A stretch of 64,000 nt of DNA from Eledone cirrhosa (taxonomy: Eukaryota). Made by a program: the position numbers and the translations under genes. Position 1 is the first letter of the stretch. Every line of letters starts with the position of its first letter. This document shows positions 1 through 12,000 of this stretch, in pieces. The DNA lies in the NCBI GenBank assembly GCA_964016885.1, contig OZ024743.1, positions 206,770,001 through 206,834,000 on the forward strand, read 5' to 3'. Below the pieces are notes generated by a model, which worked only from the letters and a program-made list of their open reading frames with translations, was not told the origin of the DNA and ran no database searches.

Positions 1-3000
1 AGTAGTTATGACTATGCTGTTGATACAGTGGGCTTACAGTAGTTGTGACTGTGGTGTTGATACAGTGGTCTTAGAGTAGTTGTGACTGTGTTGTTGATAC
101 AGTGGTCTTACAGTAGTTGTGACAATGGCTTTTATACAGTGGTCTTACAGTAGTTGTGACTATGGTGTTGCTACAGTGTTATTAGAGACGTTGTGACAAT
201 GGTGTTGATACAGTGGTCTTACAGTACTTGTGACTATGGTGTTGATACAGTGGTCTTACAGACGTTGTGACTGTGGTGTTGATACAGTGGTCTTACATTA
301 GTTGTGACTACGGTGTTGAATCAGTTGTCTTACAGTAGTTGTGATTATGGTGTTGATACAGTGGTCTTACAGTTGTGGCTGTGGTGTTGATACAGTGGTC
401 TTACAGTAGTTGTGGCTGTGGTGTTGATATAGTGATCTTACAGTAGTTGTGACTGTGATGTTGATACAGTGGTCTTACAGTATTTATAACTGTGGGATTG
501 ATACAGTGTTCTTACAGTAGTTGTGACTATGGTGTAGATACAGTGGTCTTACAGTAGTTGTGACTATGGTGTTGATACAGTGGTCTTACAGTAGTTGTGT
601 CTATGTTGTTGATACAGTGGTCTTATGACTATGGTGTTGATACAGTGGTCTTTCGGTAGTTATGACTATGGTGTTGATACAGTGGTCTTACAGTAGTTGT
701 GACTATGGTGTTGATACAGTGGTCTTACAGTAGTTGTGCCTATGGTGTTGATACAGTGGTCTTATGACTATGTTGTTGATACAGTGGTCTTACAGTAGTT
801 GTGCCTATGGTGTTGATACAGTGGCTTATGACTATGTTGTTGATACAGTGGTCTTGCGGCAGTTATGACTATGGTGTTGATACAGTTGTCTTACAGTAGT
901 TGTGACTATGGTTTTGATACTGTGGTCTTAGAGTAGTTATGACTATGCTGTTGAAACAGTGGGCTTACAGTAGTTGTGACTGTGGTGTTGATACAGTGGT
1001 CTTAGAGTAGTTGTGACTGTGTTGTTGATACAGTGGTCTTACAGTAGTTGTGACTAGGGCTTTTATAGAGTGGTCTTACAGTAGTTATGACTATGGTGTT
1101 GATACAGTGGTCTTACGATAGATATGACTATGGTGTTTATACAGTGGTCTTACAGTAGTTGTGACTATGGTGTTCATACAGTGGTATTACAGACGTTGTG
1201 ACAATGGTGTTGATACAGTGGTCTTACAGTAGTTGTGACTATGGTGTTGATACAGTGGGCTTACAGTAGTTGTGACTATTGTGTGGATACAGTGGTCTTA
1301 CAGACGTTGTGATTGTGGTGTTGATACAGTGGTCTTTCAGTAGTTGTGACTACGGTGTTGAATCAGTGGTCTTACAGTAGTTGTGTTTATGGTGTTGATA
1401 CAGTGGTCTTACAGTAGTTGTGACTGTTGTGTTGATACAGTGGTCGTACAGTAGTTGTGGCTGTGGTGTTGATACAGTTATCTTACAGTAGTTGTGACTG
1501 TGATGTTGATAGAGTGGTTTTACAGAAGTTATAACTGTGGTGTTGATACAGTGTTCTTACAGTAGTTGTGACTAAGGTGTAGATACAGTGGTCTTACAGT
1601 AGTTGTGACTATGGTGTTGATACAGTGGTCTTATGATTATGGTGTTGATACAGTGGTCTAACTGTAGTTGTGACTGTGGTGTTGATACAGTGGTCTTACA
1701 GTAGTTGTGACTGTGGTGCTGATACAGTGGTCTTACAGTAGTTGTGACTGTGGTGTTGATACAGTTGTCTTACATTAGTTATGATTATGGTGTTGATACA
1801 GTGGTCTTACACTAGTTGTGACTGTGGTGTTGATACAGTGGTCTTACAGTAGTTGTGAGTGTGGTGTTGATACATTGGTCTTACAGTAGTTGTAACTGTG
1901 TTGTTGATACAGTGGTCTTACAGTAGTTGTGACTATAGTGTTGATACAGTGGTTTTGCAGTAGATGTGACTGTGGTGTTGATACAGTGGTCTTACAGTAG
2001 TTGTGACTGTGGTGTTGATACAGTGGTCTTACAGTTGTTGTGACTATAGTGTTCATACAGTGGTCTTACAGACGTTGTGACTGTGGTGTTGATACAGTGG
2101 TCTTACAGTAGTTGTGACTACGGTGTTGAATCAGTTGTCTTACAGTAGTTGTGATTATGGTGTTGATACAGTGGTCTTACAGTTGTTGTGACTATAGTGT
2201 TGATACAGTGGTATTACAGACGTTATGACTATGGTGTTGATACAGTGGTCTTACGATAGTTATGACTATGGTGTTTATACAGTGGTCTTACAGTAGTTGT
2301 GACTATGGTGTTCATACAGTGGTATTACAGACGTTGTGACAATGGTGTTGATACAGTGGTCTTACAGTAGTTGTGACTATGGTGTTGATACAGTGGGCTT
2401 ACAGTAGTTGTGACTATTGTGTTGATACAGTGGTCTTATGACTATGGTGTTGATACAGTGGCCTTACAGTAGTTATGACTATGGTGTTGATACAGTTGTC
2501 TTAAAGTAGTTGTGACTATGGTGTTGATACAGTGGTCTTATGACTATGGTGTTGATACAGTGGTCTTATTCTAGTTATGACTATGGTGTTGATACAGTGG
2601 TCTTACATTAGTTGTGACTATGGTTTTGATACAGTGGTCTTAGAGTAGTTATGACTATGCTGTTGATACAGTGGGCTTACAGTAGTTGTGACTGTGGTGT
2701 TGATACAGTGTTCTTACGGTAGTTGTGACTGTGGTGTTGATACAGTGGTCTTACAGTAGTTATGACAATGGTGTTGATACAGTGGTCTTACAGTAGTTGT
2801 GACTATGGTGTTGATACAGTGGTCTTATGACTATGGTGTTGATACAGTGGTCTTATTCTAGTTATGACTATGGTGTTGATACAGTGGTCTTACAGTAGTT
2901 GTGACTATGGTTTTGATACGGTGGTCTTAGAGTAGTTATGACTATCCTGTTGATACAGTGGGCTTACAGTAGTTGTGACGGTGGTGTTGATACAGTGGTC

Positions 3001-6000
3001 TTAGAGTAGTTGTGACTGTGTTTTTGATACAGTGGTCTTACAGTAGTTGTGACTATGGTGTTGATACAGTGGTCTTCTGACTATGGTGTTGATACAGAGG
3101 TCTTACGGTAGTTATGACTATGGTGTTTATACAGTGGTCTTACAGTAGTTGTGACTATGGTGTTGATACAATGGTATTACAGACGTTGTGACTATGGTGT
3201 TGATGCAGTGGTCTTACAGTAGTTGTGACTATGGTGTTGATACAGTAGGCTTACAGTAGTTGTGAATTTTGTGTTGATACAGTGGTCTTACAGACGTTGT
3301 GACTGTGGTGTTGATACAGTGGTCTTACAGTAGTTGTGACTACGGTGTTGAATCAGTGGTCTTGCAGTAGTTGTGGCTCTGGTGTTGATACAGTGGTCTT
3401 ACAGTAGTTGTGGCTGTGGTGTTGATACAGTGGTCTTACAGTAGTTGTGGCTGTGGTGTTGATACAGTGATCTTACAGTAGTTGTGTCTGTGATGTTGAT
3501 ACAATGGTGTTACAGTAGTTATAACTGTGGTGTTGATACAGTGTTCTTACAGTAGTTGTGACTATGGTGTTGATACAGTGGTCTTATGACTATGGTGTTG
3601 ATACAGTGGTCTTACAGTAGTTGTGACTATGGTGTTGATAAAGTGGTCTTACTGTAGTTGTGACTGTGGTGTTCATACAGTGGTCTTACAATAATTGTGA
3701 CTATGGTGTTCATACAGTGGTCTTACAGTAGTTATGACTATGGTGTTGATACAGTGGTCTTACAGTAGTTGTCACTATGGTGTTGATACAGTGGTCTTAC
3801 AGTAGTTATGACTGTGGTGTTGATACAGTGTTCTTACAGTTATTGTGACTATGGTGTTGATACAGTGGTCTTACATTAGTTATGACTATGGTGATGATAC
3901 AGTGGTCTTACGGTAGTTATGACTATGGTGTTCATACTGTGGTCTTACAGTAGTTGTGACTATGGTGTTTATACAGTGGTCTTACTGTAGTTGTGACTGT
4001 GGTGTTGATACAGTGGTCTTACAGTAGTTGTGACTATGGTGTTGATACAGTAGTATTACAGTAGTTGTGATTATGGTGTTGATACAGTGGTCTTATGACT
4101 ATGGTGTTGATACAGTGGTCTTACAGTAGTTATGACTATGGTGTTGATACAGTGGTCTTAAAGTAATTGTGACTATGGTGTTGATACAGTGGTCTTATGA
4201 CTATGGTGTTGATACAGTGGTCTTATTCTAGTTATGACTATGGTGTTGATACAGTGGACTTACAGTAGTTGTGACTATGGTTTTGATACGGTGGTCTTAG
4301 AGTAGTTATGACTATGCTGTTGATGCAGTGGGCTTACAGTAGTTGTGACTGTGGTGTTGATACAGTGTTCTTACGGTAGTTGTGACTGTGGTGTTGATAC
4401 AGTGTTCTTACAGTTATTGTGACTATTGTGTTGATACAGTTGTCTTACAGTAGTTGTGACTATGGTGTTGATACAGTGGTCTTACATTACTTATGACTAT
4501 GGTGTTGATACAGTGGTCTTACGGTAGTTATGACTATGGTGTTCATACAGTGGTCTTACAGTAGTTGTGACAATGGGGTTGATACAGTGGTCTTACTGTA
4601 GTTGTGACTGTGGTGTTGATACAGTGGTCTTACAATAGTTGTGACTATGGTCTTGATACAGTGGTCTTACAGTAGTTATGACTATGGTGTTGATACAGTG
4701 GTCTTACAGTAGTTGTGACTATGGTGTTGATACAGTGGTCTTATGACTATGGTGTTGATACAGTGGTCATACGGTAGTTATGACTATGGTGTTGATACAG
4801 TGATCTTACAGTAGTTGTGACCGCGGTGCTGACACAGTGGTTTTACAGTAGTTGTGACTATGGTGGTGATACAGTGGTCTTACAGTAGTTGTGACTATGG
4901 TGTTGATACAGTGGTCTTAAAGTAGTTATGACTATGGTGTTGATACGGCGGTCTTACAGTAGTTGTGACTATGGTGTTGATACAGTGGTATTATGACTAT
5001 GGTGTTGATACAGTGATCTTACGGTAGTTATGACTATGGTGTTGATACAGTGGTCTTACAGTAGTTGTGACTATGGTTTTGATACGGTGGTCTTAGAGTA
5101 GTTATGACTATGCTGTTGATACAGTGGGCTTACAGTAGTTGTGACTGTGGTGTTGATACAGTGGTCTTAGAGTAGTTGTGACTGTGTTGTTGATACAGTG
5201 GTCTTACAGTAGTTGTGACTATGGCTTTTATACAGTGGTCTTACAGTAGTTGTGACTATGGTGTTGCTACAGTGGTATTAGAGACGTTGTGACAATGGTG
5301 TTGATACAGTGGTCTTACAGTACTTGTGACTATGGTGTTGATACAGTGGTCTTACAGACGTTGTGACTGTGGTGTTGATACAGTGGTCTTAAAGTAGTTA
5401 TGACTATGGTGTTGATACGGCGGTCTTACACTAGTTGTGACTATGGTGTTGATACAGTGGTATTATGACTATGGTGTTGATACAGTGATCTTACGGTAGT
5501 TATGACTATGGTGTTGATACAGTGGTCTTACAGTAGTTGTGACTATGGTTTTGATACGGTGGTCTTAGAGTAGTTATGACTATGCTGTTGATACAGTGGG
5601 CTTACAGTAGTTGTGACTGTGGTGTTGATACAGTGGTCTTAGAGTAGTTGTGACTGTGTTGTTGATACAGTGGTCTTACAGTAGTTGTGACTATGGCTTT
5701 TATACAGTGGTCTTACAGTAGTTGTGACTATGGTGTTGCTACAGTGGTATTAGAGACGTTGTGACACAGTGGTCTTACAGTACTTGTGACTATGGTGTTG
5801 ATACAGTGGTCTTACAGACGTTGTGACTGTGGTGTTGATACAGTGGTCTTACATTAGTTGTGACTACGGTGTTGAATCAGTTGTCTTACAGTAGTTGTGA
5901 TTATGGTGTTGATACAGTGGTCTTACAGTTGTGGCTGTGGTGTTGATACAGTGGTCTTACAGTAGTTGTGGCTGTGGTGTTGATATAGTGATCTTACAGT

Positions 6001-9000
6001 AGTTGTGACTGTGATGTTGATACAGTGGTCTTACAGTATTTATAACTGTGGGATTGATACAGTGTTCTTACAGTAGTTGTGACTATGGTGTAGATACAGT
6101 GGTCTTACAGTAGTTGTGACTATGGTGTTGATACAGTGGTCTTACAGTAGTTGTGTCTATGTTGTTGATACAGTGGTCTTATGACTATGGTGTTGATACA
6201 GTGGTCTTTCGGTAGTTATGACTATGGTGTTGATACAGTGGTCTTACAGTAGTTGTGACTATGGTGTTGATACAGTGGTCTTACAGTAGTTGTGCCTATG
6301 GTGTTGATACAGTGGTCTTATGACTATGTTGTTGATACAGTGGTCTTACAGTAGTTGTGCCTATGGTGTTGATACAGTGGCTTATGACTATGTTGTTGAT
6401 ACAGTGGTCTTACGGCAGTTATGACTATGGTGTTGATACAGTTGTCTTACAGTAGTTGTGACTATGGTTTTGATACTGTGGTCTTAGAGTAGTTATGACT
6501 ATGCTGTTGAAACAGTGGGCTTACAGTAGTTGTGACTGTGGTGTTGATACAGTGGTCTTAGAGTAGTTGTGACTGTGTTGTTGATACAGTGGTCTTACAG
6601 TAGTTGTGACTAGGGCTTTTATAGAGTGGTCTTACAGTAGTTATGACTATGGTGTTGATACAGTGGTCTTACGATAGATATGACTATGGTGTTTATACAG
6701 TGGTCTTACAGTAGTTGTGACTATGGTGTTCATACAGTGGTATTACAGACGTTGTGACAATGGTGTTGATACAGTGGTCTTACAGTAGTTGTGACTATGG
6801 TGTTGATACAGTGGGCTTACAGTAGTTGTGACTATTGTGTGGATACAGTGGTCTTACAGACGTTGTGACTGTGGTGTTGATACAGTGGTCTTTCAGTAGT
6901 TGTGACTACGGTGTTGAATCAGTGGTCTTACAGTAGTTGTGTTTATGGTGTTGATACAGTGGTCTTACAGTAGTTGTGACTGTTGTGTTGATACAGTGGT
7001 CGTACAGTAGTTGTGGCTGTGGTGTTGATACAGTTATCTTACAGTAGTTGTGACTGTGATGTTGATAGAGTGGTTTTACAGAAGTTATAACTGTGGTGTT
7101 GATACAGTGTTCTTACAGTAGTTGTGACTAAGGTGTAGATACAGTGGTCTTACAGTAGTTGTGACTATGGTGTTGATACAGTGGTCTTATGATTATGGTG
7201 TTGATACAGTGGTCTAACTGTAGTTGTGACTGTGGTGTTGATACAGTGGTCTTACAGTAGTTGTGACTGTGGTGCTGATACAGTGGTCTTACAGTAGTTG
7301 TGACTGTGGTGTTGATACAGTTGTCTTACATTAGTTGTGATTATGGTGTTGATACAGTGGTCTTACACTAGTTGTGACTGTGGTGTTGATACAGTGGTCT
7401 TACAGTAGTTGTGAGTGTGGTGTTGATACATTGGTCTTACAGTAGTTGTAACTGTGTTGTTGATACAGTGGTCTTACAGTAGTTGTGACTATAGTGTTGA
7501 TACAGTGGTTTTGCAGTAGATGTGACTGTGGTGTTGATACAGTGGTCTTACAGTAGTTGTGACTGTGGTGTTGATACAGTGGTCTTACAGTTGTTGTGAC
7601 TATAGTGTTGATACAGTGGTCTTACAGACGTTGTGACCGTGGTGTTGATACAGTGGTCTTACAGTAGTTGTGACTACGGTGTTGAATCAGTTGTCTTACA
7701 GTAGTTGTGATTATGGTGTTGATACAGTGGTCTTACAGTTGTGGCTGTGGTGTTGATACAGTGGTCTTACAGTTGTTGTGACTATAGTGTTGATACAGTG
7801 GTATTACAGACGTTATGACTATGGTGTTGATACAGTGGTCTTACGATAGTTATGACTATGGTGTTTATACAGTGGTCTTACAGTAGTTGTGACTATGGTG
7901 TTCATACAGTGGTATTACAGACGTTGTGACAATGGTGTTGATACAGTGGTCTTACAGTAGTTGTGACTATGGTGTTGATACAGTGGGCTTACAGTAGTTG
8001 TGACTATTGTGTTGATACAGTGGTCTTATGACTATGGTGTTGATACAGTGGCCTTACAGTAGTTATGACTATGGTGTTGATACAGTTGTCTTAAAGTAGT
8101 TGTGACTATGGTGTTGATACAGTGGTCTTATGACTATGGTGTTGATACAGTGGTCTTATTCTAGTTATGACTATGGTGTTGATACAGTGGTCTTACATTA
8201 GTTGTGACTATGGTTTTGATACAGTGGTCTTAGAGTAGTTATGACTATGCTGTTGATACAGTGGGCTTACAGTAGTTGTGACTGTGGTGTTGATACAGTG
8301 TTCTTACGGTAGTTGTGACTGTGGTGTTGATACAGTGGTCTTACAGTAGTTATGACAATGGTGTTGATACAGTGGTCTTACAGTAGTTGTGACTATGGTG
8401 TTGATACAGTGGTCTTATGACTATGGTGTTGATACAGTGGTCTTATTCTAGTTATGACTATGGTGTTGATACAGTGGTCTTACAGTAGTTGTGACTATGG
8501 TTTTGATACGGTGGTCTTAGAGTAGTTATGACTATCCTGTTGATACAGTGGGCTTACAGTAGTTGTGACGGTGGTGTTGATACAGTGGTCTTAGAGTAGT
8601 TGTGACTGTGTTTTTGATACAGTGGTCTTACAGTAGTTGTGACTATGGTGTTGATACAGTGGTCTTCTGACTATGGTGTTGATACAGAGGTCTTACGGTA
8701 GTTATGACTATGGTGTTTATACAGTGGTCTTACAGTAGTTGTGACTATGGTGTTGATACAATGGTATTACAGACGTTGTGACTATGGTGTTGATGCAGTG
8801 GTCTTACAGTAGTTGTGACTATGGTGTTGATACAGTAGGCTTACAGTAGTTGTGAATTTTGTGTTGATACAGTGGTCTTACAGACGTTGTGACTGTGGTG
8901 TTGATACAGTGGTCTTACAGTAGTTGTGGCTGTGGTGTTGATACAGTGGTCTTACAGTAGTTGTGGCTGTGGTGTTGATACAGTGATCTTACAGTAGTTG

Positions 9001-12000
9001 TGTCTGTGATGTTGATACAATGGTGTTACAGTAGTTATAACTGTGGTGTTGATACAGTGTTCTTACAGTAGTTGTGACTATGGTGTTGATACAGTGGTCT
9101 TATGACTATGGTGTTGATACAGTGGTCTTACAGTAGTTGTGACTATGGTGTTGATAAAGTGGTCTTACTGTAGTTGTGACTGTGGTGTTCATACAGTGGT
9201 CTTACAATAATTGTGACTATGGTGTTCATACAGTGGTCTTACAGTAGTTATGACTATGGTGTTGATACAGTGGTCTTACAGTAGTTGTCACTATGGTGTT
9301 GATACAGTGGTCTTACAGTAGTTATGACTGTGGTGTTGATACAGTGTTCTTACAGTTATTGTGACTATGGTGTTGATACAGTGGTCTTACATTAGTTATG
9401 ACTATGGTGATGATACAGTGGTCTTACGGTAGTTATGACTATGGTGTTCATACTGTGGTCTTACAGTAGTTGTGACTATGGTGTTTATACAGTGGTCTTA
9501 CTGTAGTTGTGACTGTGGTGTTGATACAGTGGTCTTACAGTAGTTGTGACTATGGTGTTGATACAGTAGTATTACAGTAGTTGTGATTATGGTGTTGATA
9601 CAGTGGTCTTATGACTATGGTGTTGATACAGTGGTCTTACAGTAGTTATGACTATGGTGTTGATACAGTGGTCTTAAAGTAATTGTGACTATGGTGTTGA
9701 TACAGTGGTCTTATGACTATGGTGTTGATACAGTGGTCTTATTCTAGTTATGACTATGGTGTTGATACAGTGGACTTACAGTAGTTGTGACTATGGTTTT
9801 GATACGGTGGTCTTAGAGTAGTTATGACTATGCTGTTGATGCAGTGGGCTTACAGTAGTTGTGACTGTGGTGTTGATACAGTGTTCTTACGGTAGTTGTG
9901 ACTGTGGTGTTGATACAGTGTTCTTACAGTTATTGTGACTATTGTGTTGATACAGTTGTCTTACAGTAGTTGTGACTATGGTGTTGATACAGTGGTCTTA
10001 CATTACTTATGACTATGGTGTTGATACAGTGGTCTTACGGTAGTTATGACTATGGTGTTCATACAGTGGTCTTACAGTAGTTGTGACAATGGGGTTGATA
10101 CAGTGGTCTTACTGTAGTTGTGACTGTGGTGTTGATACAGTGGTCTTACAATAGTTGTGACTATGGTCTTGATACAGTGGTCTTACAGTATTTATGACTA
10201 TGGTGTTGATACAGTGGTCTTACAGTAGTTGTGACTATGGTGTTGATACAGTGGTCTTATGACTATGGTGTTGATACAGTGGTCATACGGTAGTTATGAC
10301 TATGGCGTTGATACAGTGATCTTACAGTAGTTGTGACCGCGGTGCTGACACAGTGGTTTTACAGTAGTTGTGACTATGGTGGTGATACAGTGGTCTTACA
10401 GTAGTTGTGACTATGGTGTTGATACAGTGGTCTTAAAGTAGTTATGACTATGGTGTTGATACGGCGGTCTTACAGTAGTTGTGACTATGGTGTTGATACA
10501 GTGGTATTATGACTATGGTGTTGATACAGTGATCTTACGGTAGTTATGACTATGGTGTTGATACAGTGGTCTTACAGTAGTTGTGACTATGGTTTTGATA
10601 CGGTGGTCTTAGAGTAGTTATGACTATGCTGTTGATACAGTGGGCTTACAGTAGTTGTGACTGTGGTGTTGATACAGTGGTCTTAGAGTAGTTGTGACTG
10701 TGTTGTTGATACAGTGGTCTTACAGTAGTTGTGACTATGGCTTTTATACAGTGGTCTTACAGTAGTTGTGACTATGGTGTTGCTACAGTGGTATTAGAGA
10801 CGTTGTGACAATGGTGTTGATACAGTGGTCTTACAGTACTTGTGACTATGGTGTTGATACAGTGGTCTTACAGACGTTGTGACTGTGGTGTTGATACATT
10901 GGTCTTACATTAGTTGTGACTACGGTGTTGAATCAGTTGTCTTACAGTAGTTGTGATTATGGTGTTGATACAGTGGTCTTACAGTTGTGGCTGTGGTGTT
11001 GATACAGTGGTCTTACAGTAGTTGTGACTACGGTGTTGAATCAGTGGTCTTGCAGTAGTTGTGGCTCTGGTGTTGATACAGTGGTCTTACAGTAGTTGTG
11101 GCTGTGGTGTTGATACAGTGGTCTTACAGTAGTTGTGGCTGTGGTGTTGATACAGTGATCTTACAGTAGTTGTGTCTGTGATGTTGATACAATGGTGTTA
11201 CAGTAGTTATAACTGTGGTGTTGATACAGTGTTCTTACAGTAGTTGTGACTATGGTGTTGATACAGTGGTCTTATGACTATGGTGTTGATACAGTGGTCT
11301 TACAGTAGTTGTGACTATGGTGTTGATAAAGTGGTCTTACTGTAGTTGTGACTGTGGTGTTCATACAGTGGTCTTACAATAATTGTGACTATGGTGTTCA
11401 TACAGTGGTCTTACAGTAGTTATGACTATGGTGTTGATACAGTGGTCTTACAGTAGTTGTCACTATGGTGTTGATACAGTGGTCTTACAGTAGTTATGAC
11501 TGTGGTGTTGATACAGTGTTCTTACAGTTATTGTGACTATGGTGTTGATACAGTGGTCTTACATTAGTTATGACTATGGTGATGATACAGTGGTCTTACG
11601 GTAGTTATGACTATGGTGTTCATACTGTGGTCTTACAGTAGTTGTGACTATGGTGTTTATACAGTGGTCTTACTGTAGTTGTGACTGTGGTGTTGATACA
11701 GTGGTCTTACAGTAGTTGTGACTATGGTGTTGATACAGTAGTATTACAGTAGTTGTGATTATGGTGTTGATACAGTGGTCTTATGACTATGGTGTTGATA
11801 CAGTGGTCTTACAGTAGTTATGACTATGGTGTTGATACAGTGGTCTTAAAGTAATTGTGACTATGGTGTTGATACAGTGGTCTTATGACTATGGTGTTGA
11901 TACAGTGGTCTTATTCTAGTTATGACTATGGTGTTGATACAGTGGACTTACAGTAGTTGTGACTATGGTTTTGATACGGTGGTCTTAGAGTAGTTATGAA

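Noticed and set aside
1698-1714. Hairpin or dyad ACAGT-N7-ACTGT in G-allele monomers
   Set aside because: A 5-bp stem is too weak, it is absent in the common A allele, and no compensatory changes were seen.
1844-2056. 70-aa ORF on the minus strand (MNTIVTTTVRPLYQHHSHNYCKTTVSTPQ…)
   Set aside because: It is the satellite translated with a 37-aa (3-monomer) period. The ATG comes from a GTTCATAC variant, and read-through depends on chance loss of the consensus TAA and TAG stops. The paralogous copy near 7400-7612 has GTTGATAC and so lacks the ATG. There is no gene context.
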